Positions 17,074 through 26,111 of a stretch of DNA of 64,000 nucleotides are shown here, in pieces. The translations under genes and the position numbers were made by a program. Under the pieces are notes generated by a model that did not search any database, was not told the origin of the DNA, and saw nothing but the letters and a program-made list of their open reading frames with translations. Location: the sequence record PZ386971.1, one strand, 5' to 3'. Source of the stretch: a phage. Position 1 is the first letter of the stretch; every line of letters starts with the position of its first letter.

Positions 17074-17148
17074 GATAAGGGGGCTGACGCTCCCTTTTGG
17101 TTTCGCTAATTAGAAGAAACCGCCGTTAATTCAATCAGGAGATATAAA

Positions 17149-20133
17149 ATGTCAAAGCCAAGTTTCCTCCAGTTCATGCAGGAAAGAGATCAGTTGGACG
17201 AAGCGTTCAACTCCGCTCCGTATGAGCTGACCATGGGTAAGAAGAACGCAGGCGATGTGTTCTTCACCTTCGTCGACGAAGATGATAAGGAATACCGCAT
17301 TCAGTTCTATACTCCTCAGGGACTGGGCAAGAGCGTTCGTCAGGTTTTCATCGGCCAGAAGCGCGGCTCCGTCTATCCTGACGCCATCGCTCGCTTCAAG
17401 AACCCAATGCGCGTTATTGCTTCCATGATCGAAGCGACCAAACAATTCATGGCGACTCCTCTGGGCAAAACTATCGATGGCTATGCTGTCAACTTCTCGA
17501 AGAAAGCGCTGGATCGCGGTATGACCCTGATTCCTAAGATCATCCGCCAGTCCGGTCTGAAGCAGAAACTGAATGTCATGGACCTGACCTACGCGCCTGT
17601 CCCTGACCGTGGTTATGTGTGGCTAGTTCGTAAGGGCAAAGATCCGGCTCAGGTATTCGACGGTCCGAAGATGCAGGGTATCACCTGGGATGATCCAGAC
17701 AAGGTCGGTGACGTTCCGGTTCAGAACAATACTCCGGATGTGGGTGTGTCATCTTCTGTTGATAATTCCAACGGATGGAAATTAACTTCAAACGGGGATC
17801 AGCCCATGTTGATATGGGCTGGTAAGGAGAGAGGCCGCACGAATACGGCAAATATCGCTCCCCACTACAATGAGCCGGGCGTGTATGTTGGCGCATACAT
17901 GAATGAGAAACCTGTGCGTGGGCAAAGTGCTGATTTCATTGCTCGTCAGTTGAAATTACCACAAGTCCCTATCAGTATCCTGAATGATTTCACCACGGCG
18001 TCCACAAAATTTTGGAAAGGTTCTCAACAGAAATCTGCGCCTGTTGTGCCGGCAGGTTCGGACAGAAATAACCCAGCCAACATTATCGGTTCTGGAACTG
18101 CTGTTATTGATGCCAAACGGCTTGGTGCTCAGGAAGTAAACGTGGAACGATTCAAAAACGGCGTTCGCATGCGTTCTCGAAACGGTGACGTCGACATCAG
18201 TATTTCTGACCCAGACTTTTCAAATGCAGCAAGTGCGGCTGATGCTGCCACAGCCTCTGTTGTGGTCAAGAACGGGCGTTACGAAGGTGCCATCAATTCA
18301 AAGCGCAAGATTGCCCGCACCTCGAACGAGCAGGGTACTGAATGGGATATTATCGGCGTCAACGGGGAAATCCTTGTCTCTATCAAGTTGAACAAAGTGT
18401 CTAAATCCACATCAGATTCGACCGAGGGTGCAACCAGTGTTGATCAATTACGTGACAGCGGTTTCATCGCTCGTGTTCTGGGTATCATTGATACCAACGT
18501 TGGGCTGGACACTTCTATTCTTCCTGGTGAAAACATCCGTCGCGTGGGCGCTGGTCGTTACACGACGACAGGCGGGTTGGTTATCGTTGTCAACTTCACA
18601 AACGTCCTCGCTGGTTTCGTTCAATACTCAGTTTTCAGCGAAATTGCTGAAGAGGAGAACGTGGCCAAAGGTAGCGCCCGTGACGTCGCCAAGGCGGTAA
18701 TTGCGTCCATCTTTGAGGTTGCTAAGACCCAGTACACTGGCAAATGGGAAATTAGCGCAGTGCCAACAAGCGCTCCATATCCTATCAAAGCCATTCGCCG
18801 TTCTCGGGGCTGGGGTTATGTGGAAACCGCAAACTGGACTCTGACAGTGTCCGACGCTGTCCTGAATCGTGTGAAGCCAGGGAACACTGCTCTGCTGGAA
18901 CTCATCAAAGAGCCTCCGCGTGGCAAGCACCTGCTGGAAATCATCCCAGAGAAGGGCGACAAGACCCTGATGCTGAAAGATCGTATTACCGGGGCCATCT
19001 ATGGTTCTATCGACCTGAATGCCCAAGGCGCTGATCTGGTCAACTCTGGAACCCTGAAGATACCAAGCAACGCCATGGTGTTTGGTGAGACTGTCAACGG
19101 TATGTCCATTCGGTGGGATGTCAATTTCCCCGAAACGGGAAAATACGCCGGTACTTCTATGATAACCAACGTGACCTATTACTACGACAAAGGTAAAGTT
19201 GCATTCACCCCAATTGTCTCTCAGAAAGGGCGTACCCTGAACAATCCGAAGACATATGAACTTCCTTTAAACAAAGATATGGTCCAGAGTGTGATTGATG
19301 AGATTTCATCAAAAATGGTATATCTTTCCAGAAACCTCCAACAGTTGAAAAGTCAGTCATACAACCCAAACCAGGTGTTCTTGAACGATATAACCATCAC
19401 GGATAAAGGTGAAGTGATTTGGAATGATTACAACTTGTCTGACGGCAAAGTTACACAAATTATGCTGTCCATGATAAGCGCAGAAAATAAACGCCTGGAG
19501 AAAGTAGCAAACACGCCGGATATCAATATCACATTGCCCAAGAAACAAGCTGAAGTGGTAGAATTTATAAACCGGATGATCGACATCGATCTCACCCCTT
19601 ATGTGAGAACCCCCAAAAAACGTGATGTGGTATTATTTGACTCTTCTGAATTGTCGATAAACCAACTCAACAACATAGAACGCCTGGGAAGAGAAACAGG
19701 AAAATGGTCTCTTCAGCCAAACGGTGGTATGGGTCATGCACTACTTCTGAAAAGCACGTCGCACAATCCGAAGGACGACCTTGCGGCATACGCCGACTCC
19801 ATTCGCGACAACGCACCAAAAGGTCGCGACCTGGATTGGCAGATCTATGCAAGCCGTGATGGTCAGACTCTGAACGTGGACTGGGATATCACCTTCCGCC
19901 GCAACACAACTGAAGGGGCATATCGCGAGTTCAAAGCTCAGATTGACCGCGCCAACCAGTACCTGCAGACACTGTACCGGGATGCGAAGTCCAAGGGTTA
20001 CAACCCGACTGAACCAAACCTGATGACTCTGGCTCGCGCCCAGCAGTCTGACCAGTGGTCACAAGACAACGGGGAAAGCGCATACAGCGAGTACGAGCAG
20101 TCCCTGGGTGGCAACATGCAGATTAAGATCTGA
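17149..20133 (+). CDS. large hypothetical protein (994 aa)
   Basis: Long uninterrupted ORF; no recognisable catalytic motifs. Confidence 0.6.
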   Translation: MSKPSFLQFMQERDQLDEAFNSAPYELTMGKKNAGDVFFTFVDEDDKEYRIQFYTPQGLGKSVRQVFIGQKRGSVYPDAIARFKNPMRVIASMIEATKQFMATPLGKTIDGYAVNFSKKALDRGMTLIPKIIRQSGLKQKLNVMDLTYAPVPDRGYVWLVRKGKDPAQVFDGPKMQGITWDDPDKVGDVPVQNNTPDVGVSSSVDNSNGWKLTSNGDQPMLIWAGKERGRTNTANIAPHYNEPGVYVGAYMNEKPVRGQSADFIARQLKLPQVPISILNDFTTASTKFWKGSQQKSAPVVPAGSDRNNPANIIGSGTAVIDAKRLGAQEVNVERFKNGVRMRSRNGDVDISISDPDFSNAASAADAATASVVVKNGRYEGAINSKRKIARTSNEQGTEWDIIGVNGEILVSIKLNKVSKSTSDSTEGATSVDQLRDSGFIARVLGIIDTNVGLDTSILPGENIRRVGAGRYTTTGGLVIVVNFTNVLAGFVQYSVFSEIAEEENVAKGSARDVAKAVIASIFEVAKTQYTGKWEISAVPTSAPYPIKAIRRSRGWGYVETANWTLTVSDAVLNRVKPGNTALLELIKEPPRGKHLLEIIPEKGDKTLMLKDRITGAIYGSIDLNAQGADLVNSGTLKIPSNAMVFGETVNGMSIRWDVNFPETGKYAGTSMITNVTYYYDKGKVAFTPIVSQKGRTLNNPKTYELPLNKDMVQSVIDEISSKMVYLSRNLQQLKSQSYNPNQVFLNDITITDKGEVIWNDYNLSDGKVTQIMLSMISAENKRLEKVANTPDINITLPKKQAEVVEFINRMIDIDLTPYVRTPKKRDVVLFDSSELSINQLNNIERLGRETGKWSLQPNGGMGHALLLKSTSHNPKDDLAAYADSIRDNAPKGRDLDWQIYASRDGQTLNVDWDITFRRNTTEGAYREFKAQIDRANQYLQTLYRDAKSKGYNPTEPNLMTLARAQQSDQWSQDNGESAYSEYEQSLGGNMQIKI

Positions 20134-20157
20134 TCATTGAAAGCCCCTTCGGGGGCT

Positions 20158-20165
20158 TATAAATA
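20158..20165 (+). promoter_or_regulatory. T4-type late promoter TATAAATA
   Basis: Exact TATAAATA 25 nt upstream of ATG 20190, after hairpin AGCCCC ... GGGGCT. Confidence 0.55.
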
Positions 20166-20189
20166 ACTGAAATCCCCGAGGAGATTAAG

Positions 20190-20759
20190 ATGAAACCGTT
20201 TATCGAATATTTTAAAGAACAAGCCGCTAAACCTCAGACCCATGCTGGTGTCCAGGGTAAGACCGTATCCATCACCAAGCAAGCTGACGGCACCCAGTGG
20301 TGTTCCGGCGCTACCGTGACCCAGATCACCCCTGACAATCAGGCGGATGTCTACAACCTGGAGTTAACCAACGGCAACACTATCAAGGTGAAGCTGACTC
20401 CGGATCAGACCCATGGCATTACCCAAGGCCAGGAAGTTGTTGCTGTCCATGACGGTTTCGAATTCTTCTTTGGCAAGTCTGCCGACAAAGGCCAGGTGAC
20501 CGAATCCTATGCTCAGGAACTGGCGAACATGGACAAGATGATCGGTAAAGCACTGGGTGCTGGCAAGTCTCGCAAGAGTGGTCGTACTGAGTTTGAATAC
20601 TCTGGCATCCCTGGCATCGGCAAGGCGATCACCGTGAACTTCGGTGGTGAAGATGACCCGTATGTGATCGTCACCTGCAACGGCAAGGAGCATGATATCA
20701 GCAAGGGTAAAAACCTGGCTGCTGACATTGCCAAGTTCCTCGGTGTTAAGCCTGTCTAG
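20190..20759 (+). CDS. hypothetical late protein (189 aa)
   Basis: ATG with GAGGAG RBS; late promoter upstream. Confidence 0.55.
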   Translation: MKPFIEYFKEQAAKPQTHAGVQGKTVSITKQADGTQWCSGATVTQITPDNQADVYNLELTNGNTIKVKLTPDQTHGITQGQEVVAVHDGFEFFFGKSADKGQVTESYAQELANMDKMIGKALGAGKSRKSGRTEFEYSGIPGIGKAITVNFGGEDDPYVIVTCNGKEHDISKGKNLAADIAKFLGVKPV

Positions 20760-20808
20760 AAGGTTGCACTAGACGACGCCACGGCGAAAGAACTTGGTCT
20801 GTAACTGG

Positions 20809-20840
20809 ATCCCCCTAAATACAGGGGGATTTCTTTTTCT
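20809..20840 (+). terminator. rho-independent terminator (ATCCCCCT ... AGGGGGAT + T tract)
   Basis: Perfect stem plus TTTCTTTTTCT. Confidence 0.7.
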
Positions 20841-20852
20841 GAGGACAACATC

Positions 20853-21206
20853 ATGGTCAACGCTAGTATTTTCATCAACCGTGGATTGCTTGCTATAGCC
20901 CACTCTCATGCCTTACACTTCGTTACAACGTCCTATGCCAAGCACAAGGCACTCGGGGAGTTCTACGGGGAACTGGAGGACTTACTAGACACGTTTACCG
21001 AAGCATACATCGGCGCGGGTGGTCAGTATGTTCCATCATTCGAGAATATCAAATTGTACAATCCTGATCCGATATCGTATATCAACAGCGTAATCATCGA
21101 CGTCAATGGGATCTACAATCAATGTGACAGCCATTTACAAAACACGCTTGACGAAATCAAAACTCTGTGCTATCAAACGATTTACAAACTGAAGCAACTG
21201 GCGTAG
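20853..21206 (+). CDS. hypothetical protein (117 aa)
   Basis: ATG ORF with GAGGA RBS. Confidence 0.45.
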   Translation: MVNASIFINRGLLAIAHSHALHFVTTSYAKHKALGEFYGELEDLLDTFTEAYIGAGGQYVPSFENIKLYNPDPISYINSVIIDVNGIYNQCDSHLQNTLDEIKTLCYQTIYKLKQLA

Positions 21207-21267
21207 TCTATAGATCTATCTGATAATATAATTGCCCATTATTTGTCAATCATAGATAAGGATAAAG

Positions 21268-21876
21268 ATGGGCAAGATCTTCGTTCCAACACATTTAGAA
21301 GGCTGTCAAATTGCAGCCAAATATCTTCACAAGCAGATGAATTGCGGTGCCGTATTTATCGAACCGAATCCTCACACCAATTCTGAATCCCCTGATGCAA
21401 TCGGGTTTCGCCCCGATGGGTGCAGTATTTTGATCGAGGTCAAAATCAGCCGGGATGATTTCCGAGCAGATGCTAAGAAACCTCATCGCATCAATCCTGA
21501 GCAGGGGATGGGCAGCTATCGTTTTTATGCATGTCCTGAGGGAGTCATCCGCATTGAAGATCTACCACCAAAGTGGGGGTTGTTCTACTTCACGCCTCGA
21601 AAATCATTGAAGGCGATCCATGTCCCCGACATGAAGATATCTTCCCTGTATTCCCCTCAGCACTATCTGAATATGATAGCCTGCCGAGGCCAGAATGGCA
21701 AGATGCCTCCTTATCTCCTCCATTACCAAAAGATGGTGGAAGACTTCGGCCATGTCGTAAAGAACACCGTCGCTGAACACAATGTCCTCTATGGGGCTTG
21801 GCGTCAGCTCTGTATTGCTCAAACCCGTGGTGTGGCATATACTGTCAATGAGGTATTCCAGAGGCCCGCGATTTAA
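21268..21876 (+). CDS. PD-(D/E)xK nuclease-fold protein
   Basis: Motif SPDAIGF ... ILIEVK. Confidence 0.4.
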   Translation: MGKIFVPTHLEGCQIAAKYLHKQMNCGAVFIEPNPHTNSESPDAIGFRPDGCSILIEVKISRDDFRADAKKPHRINPEQGMGSYRFYACPEGVIRIEDLPPKWGLFYFTPRKSLKAIHVPDMKISSLYSPQHYLNMIACRGQNGKMPPYLLHYQKMVEDFGHVVKNTVAEHNVLYGAWRQLCIAQTRGVAYTVNEVFQRPAI

Positions 21877-21886
21877 GAGGTGTACT

Positions 21887-22171
21887 ATGTCATTAGCAGC
21901 ATACAACAAAGAATTTTCAGAAATAAATTATGACTTCTTGTTTGCGAGTGAGCGCCGATTTGTACAGGCGAATGAATATTTGGAAAACCACGGTATGGAA
22001 TCCAGATATGAAAATATATTGAACATGCAAGCGGCCATGGCGACGACTGAACTTGGGGCTGACAGTTATGAAGCCAAAGCATATTCTCGTCTTACCCATT
22101 ATGATCAGACCATGGTAGAAAAATATAAATCTATCCTTTCTCAGAACGGGTGGGTAAATGAAATTTCTTGA
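21887..22171 (+). CDS. hypothetical protein (94 aa)
   Basis: ATG with AAGAGG RBS; track ORF started upstream at an alternative codon. Confidence 0.4.
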   Translation: MSLAAYNKEFSEINYDFLFASERRFVQANEYLENHGMESRYENILNMQAAMATTELGADSYEAKAYSRLTHYDQTMVEKYKSILSQNGWVNEIS

Positions 22172-23219
22172 CGAACAATTCATAAATTACGTTGCTCCCA
22201 GACTCGATAAATTCAAGTGGGAACGTGTTGGGTCTGTCGCAAATTTTAGATGCCCACTTTGTGGAGATTCTCTCAAAAGTGCTAACAAGCGACGCGGTTA
22301 TTTTTTCTTCGATCGAGATAATGATTGCTTTCGGTTTAAATGTCATAATTGCCATAACATGAGTGGCTGGGCGTTTGAGTTCTGGTTGAAGAAGTTTGAT
22401 GAACGCTTGTCCACCGAGTACAACATGGAGAAGTTCCGTCTGCTGGGTGATTCATCTTCCAAGCCGCTCCCGGCGCTGAAGCCTTTGCCAAAGCTGACAC
22501 AGTCAGCCCGTATCGGTTCAATGGAGGCTAAACGCGACGAGAGCCTCCTCGGCAATATGCTCCGACTTGATCTGCTACCGCCCAACCATAAGGCTCGGCA
22601 GTACGTACAGGGCAGGGGAATGCCGGAGAGCACGTTGCCCCTCCTGTATTACACCCAACACTTCCGCCAGGATCTACTCCAGTTCGAAACGAACCCCGAG
22701 AAGCAGCTGAAAATCCCCGATGACGAACGGCTGGTGATTCCATTCTGGACGCAAGACGGGCGTATGAAGATCGTCCAGGGGCGTGCATTTGAAGTGCGTG
22801 ATGGGATACTGCGGTACTCTACTGTCAAGCCGCGCGATGAAGACACTAAGGTCTATGGTGAAGACCGGGTGAACATTCACAAGACCAAGCTGGTTGTGGA
22901 AGGTCCGATTGACAGCCTATTCCTACCCAACTGTCTTGCATCGGCCGACGCTGATCTACTGAGTGTGAAGGGCGACATCTATATCCCCGACAACCAGTAC
23001 CGGAACCCGCAGGTGTGTGACGGTATCCAGAAGATGATAGATAAAGGTGTCAAGGTTGTACTGTTCCCACCAGACGTTCCTTGGAAGGATATCAACGACA
23101 TGGTCATGCCATCAAAGGGCAACATGTCCATACAAGACCTCCTGAAGCTGATCGCCAAGAACGTTTACCAGGGTATGGCCGCATCATTACAATTCGCAGA
23201 ACTGAGGAAAGTACGATGA
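22158..23219 (+). CDS. DNA primase, T4 gp61-like
   Basis: Zinc ribbon CPLCGD ... CHNCHN and TOPRIM motif VVEGPIDSLF; colinear with recalled T4 gp61. Confidence 0.85.
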   Translation: MKFLDEQFINYVAPRLDKFKWERVGSVANFRCPLCGDSLKSANKRRGYFFFDRDNDCFRFKCHNCHNMSGWAFEFWLKKFDERLSTEYNMEKFRLLGDSSSKPLPALKPLPKLTQSARIGSMEAKRDESLLGNMLRLDLLPPNHKARQYVQGRGMPESTLPLLYYTQHFRQDLLQFETNPEKQLKIPDDERLVIPFWTQDGRMKIVQGRAFEVRDGILRYSTVKPRDEDTKVYGEDRVNIHKTKLVVEGPIDSLFLPNCLASADADLLSVKGDIYIPDNQYRNPQVCDGIQKMIDKGVKVVLFPPDVPWKDINDMVMPSKGNMSIQDLLKLIAKNVYQGMAASLQFAELRKVR

Positions 23220-23422
23220 CGTTAGAAGAACTGAACAAACTGGACGACGGAGAGATCTTGCGGGGGTACTTGAAATCTCGTGAGGGATATGTCCTATCTG
23301 GGGAAGAGTCTCCGAGTTTCATCCACGGCTGGAAGAATGGTCAGGCGGACTTCCATGGGGTTCCCATCAGTGATGAGCAGGCCGAATTGGCTCGCGAGTT
23401 TGTAAGATTTCGCCCGAACTAA
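23216..23422 (+). CDS. hypothetical small protein (68 aa)
   Basis: ATGA coupling to primase stop. Confidence 0.4.
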   Translation: MTLEELNKLDDGEILRGYLKSREGYVLSGEESPSFIHGWKNGQADFHGVPISDEQAELAREFVRFRPN

Positions 23423-23450
23423 AACTTTTTAATTCACATTACTTCCCTCC

Positions 23451-23476
23451 AGGCCTCATTCGACGAGGCCTTTTAA
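23451..23476 (+). terminator. hairpin terminator (AGGCCTC ... GAGGCCT TTTAAAA)
   Basis: Stem-loop directly after small ORF. Confidence 0.55.
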
Positions 23477-23516
23477 AATACTTCAAAAATAATTTTAAAA
23501 AATTATTGAAAAAGAC

Positions 23517-23545
23517 TTTACTCTTCAATAATAGCGCACTATTAT
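23517..23545 (+). promoter_or_regulatory. strong early promoter TTTACT-N17-TATTAT with AT-rich UP-like region
   Basis: Promoter family member preceded by 40 nt of A/T. Confidence 0.55.
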
Positions 23546-23617
23546 AATCACATAGGGCGGCAACACACCGCCGAATGAAAAGTGAAACGAACCAACTACA
23601 TTATGAGGAATTACATC

Positions 23618-24106
23618 ATGGCTACTACCAAAACTCTGATCACCAACGGCACCATCTCTTTCGAACTGAACACCGAAGTTGCTAAAGTTGAAATGTTCCG
23701 CATCGCTCAAGCAGCTGGCTTCACTGGTGGCAAAACTTCCTTCATGAACCTGCTGAACGGTAAAGTGAAAGCGACTAACGGCTTCACCCTGGTAGAGCAG
23801 GTTGTGGTTGATAAAGCTGTGGTTGCTAAGACTGCCGACAAAGTTGGTATGCTGAAAAACCTGGGCCACGACATTCACATTGTCGAAGCGAAGACCGAAA
23901 CTTACGGCACCATCGTAGTCGGTAAAGGTCGCATCCAGCTGAACCCACTGAACAACGGTTCCTTCTCTGTGATGGTCTTCCCTAAGAAGGGATACGACAA
24001 CACCGACATCGTGAAAGCTGCTGGCGGCGAAGCAAAAGCTCAGTACGTCAAAATGGGTAAACTGAGCGCCGACGCAGTTGAAGATCTGGTGAGCAAACTG
24101 GCCTAA
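23618..24106 (+). CDS. abundant hypothetical protein (162 aa), highly codon-optimised
   Basis: ATG with GAGGAA RBS; strong promoter; optimal codons. Confidence 0.6.
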   Translation: MATTKTLITNGTISFELNTEVAKVEMFRIAQAAGFTGGKTSFMNLLNGKVKATNGFTLVEQVVVDKAVVAKTADKVGMLKNLGHDIHIVEAKTETYGTIVVGKGRIQLNPLNNGSFSVMVFPKKGYDNTDIVKAAGGEAKAQYVKMGKLSADAVEDLVSKLA

Positions 24107-24251
24107 TCCAGACGTGTAACATAGGGGAGGCAACTCCCCCTATCAGGTCTTGGGAGGAGATCACAGTCATTCAATCCTCTTTGGTGCTCTCTGGGTTGCT
24201 GACACATCCAGAACAAAGTCTCCCCCAGCTCCTCGAGTAGTTCACTTTCAC

Positions 24252-24261
24252 TTTAAATACC
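24252..24261 (+). promoter_or_regulatory. late promoter-like element TTTAAATACC
   Basis: Shares TAAATACC core with gp5 promoter; about 28 nt upstream of endolysin ATG. Confidence 0.45.
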
Positions 24262-24288
24262 TCTGCATTCATTGTGGAGGTATTTCTT

Positions 24289-25083
24289 ATGGCCATTCTA
24301 AAACTTGGCAACCGTGGCACTGAAGTGAAGGCACTTCAGGATAGCCTCAACAAAATCGGCTTCACCCTCGTCGCTGATGGTATCTTTGGCAAGGCAACAG
24401 AGAACGCCGTCAAGACTGTTCAGGCGGGTGCGGGGCTTGTCATCGATGGTATCGTGGGTCCAAAGACCTCCTATGCTATTCGCAACGCCGGAGACGCCCA
24501 TCAGGATCATCTAACTGAGTCAGACCTGATTGATGCTGCTAACGATCTGGGTGTTGACCTCGCCTCTGTCAAGGCGGTGAATCAGGTTGAGTCGCGCGGC
24601 ACGGGCTTCACCAAGTCAGGTAAGATCAAGACATTATTTGAGCGCCACATCATGTATAAGAAGCTGATGGCGAAGTTCGGACAGGCTCGGGCGAATGCCA
24701 TGGGACATATGTACCCGACGTTGGTCAGTCCTTCCGCAGGCGGGTACACGGGAGGCGACGCGGAGTTGGATCGACTTCATGCGGCCATCAACATCGATGA
24801 GGATTGTGCGTACGAGAGCGCCTCTTACGGTCTCTTCCAGATCATGGGATTCAACTGCCAGGTCTGTGGATACGCCAACGCCAAGGAGATGTTCAACGAC
24901 TTCCTGACAGGAGAACGTGCTCATTTGATGGCATTCGTGAAGTTCATCAAGGCTGACGCCAAGCTCTGGCAGGCTCTGAAGGACAAGAACTGGTCTGAAT
25001 TTGCACGGCGCTATAATGGTCCGGCGTATGCCAAGAACCAGTACGACAAGAAGCTCGCAGCAGCATACAAGAGTTTCAGTTAA
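24289..25083 (+). CDS. endolysin: N-terminal peptidoglycan-binding domain + C-terminal N-acetylmuramidase (DUF3380-like)
   Basis: PG_binding_1-like N-terminus (LKLGNRGTEVKALQ ... DGIFG); C-terminal motifs typical of DUF3380 muramidases. Confidence 0.7.
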   Translation: MAILKLGNRGTEVKALQDSLNKIGFTLVADGIFGKATENAVKTVQAGAGLVIDGIVGPKTSYAIRNAGDAHQDHLTESDLIDAANDLGVDLASVKAVNQVESRGTGFTKSGKIKTLFERHIMYKKLMAKFGQARANAMGHMYPTLVSPSAGGYTGGDAELDRLHAAINIDEDCAYESASYGLFQIMGFNCQVCGYANAKEMFNDFLTGERAHLMAFVKFIKADAKLWQALKDKNWSEFARRYNGPAYAKNQYDKKLAAAYKSFS

Positions 25084-25088
25084 CTCAA

Positions 25089-25111
25089 AGGCCGGAAACG
25101 GCCTTTTCTTT
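25089..25111 (+). terminator. rho-independent terminator (AGGCCG-gaaa-CGGCCT TTTCTTT)
   Basis: Perfect stem plus T tract. Confidence 0.7.
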
Positions 25112-25185
25112 ATCCAATCCTCAGGTATGCTGGGGTTGTCACCTTAATTAGAGGTGATGACACCCTGAGATATAGGAAGGTTCCC

Positions 25186-26028
25186 ATGCAATCTGCCACC
25201 AAAGTTGTAAGTAAGAAGCCAGCGGGTAAGACCAAGTCAGCACGTAAGAAAGAGACAATTCAGAAAGAAGATGACTGGATGAAGTTCTCTAAAGGTGACT
25301 TCAGAATCGCTCCATTCAATGGCCTCTCAGAAAATCAGAACCTCGCGTATCAATCTGCTCTTGAAGAAAACCTCACCATCGCAATCGGTCCGGCAGGCAC
25401 AGGTAAATCGTATTGTGGTGCCTCAGCCGCCGCCAAGCTCCTGATCGATAAAGTGGTCAGCAAGATCGTCATCACGCGCTCTCCGCTGCCAACAGGCCAG
25501 ACTGCAGGCTTCCGCCCTGGCGACACATACGAAAAACTGATGCCATATCTGATGCCCCTGATTCAGACGCTGAAGAAGGTGCTGAAGACTGACACAGGTA
25601 GCGACGGTTTCTTCAACTATCTGTGGGAGAAGCGGATCATTGAGATCCAGGATCTGGAGACCATCAAGGGGATGACCTTCGACGACACCTTCCTGATCAT
25701 TGAAGAAGCGCAGGAATGTGATATGGAGCAGCTGAAGAACCTACTGACCCGCGCATCCGACTCGACTTATATCTTTGTCAACGGTGACATCAAACAGTCC
25801 AACAAGCGCCTGCGCGACAGCGCCCTTGAAAAGTACGTCAGTTCCTTCCGCGACTTCAACGCCAAGCTGGAGGCCGGAACCCTGAAGATCGATGGTATTG
25901 ACGTCGGTGATGAGTACCCTGAATGGGTTCAGCCGTTCAGTATCATCGAGTTCGACAAGTCTGACCGCAACGGGCGCGGCGACTTCACCCGCCTGATGCT
26001 GGAAGTCAACGATCTGTACGACATTTAA
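25186..26028 (+). CDS. phoH: PhoH-like ATPase
   Basis: Walker A GPAGTGKS and PhoH family layout. Confidence 0.8.
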   Translation: MQSATKVVSKKPAGKTKSARKKETIQKEDDWMKFSKGDFRIAPFNGLSENQNLAYQSALEENLTIAIGPAGTGKSYCGASAAAKLLIDKVVSKIVITRSPLPTGQTAGFRPGDTYEKLMPYLMPLIQTLKKVLKTDTGSDGFFNYLWEKRIIEIQDLETIKGMTFDDTFLIIEEAQECDMEQLKNLLTRASDSTYIFVNGDIKQSNKRLRDSALEKYVSSFRDFNAKLEAGTLKIDGIDVGDEYPEWVQPFSIIEFDKSDRNGRGDFTRLMLEVNDLYDI

Positions 26029-26111
26029 GTAACTCGCCAACCCTCCCCGCCGCCTTCAATCTACGAGGGCGGCGTATAATAAAACCTGCGTAAACAAACC
26101 CGAGGAACACC

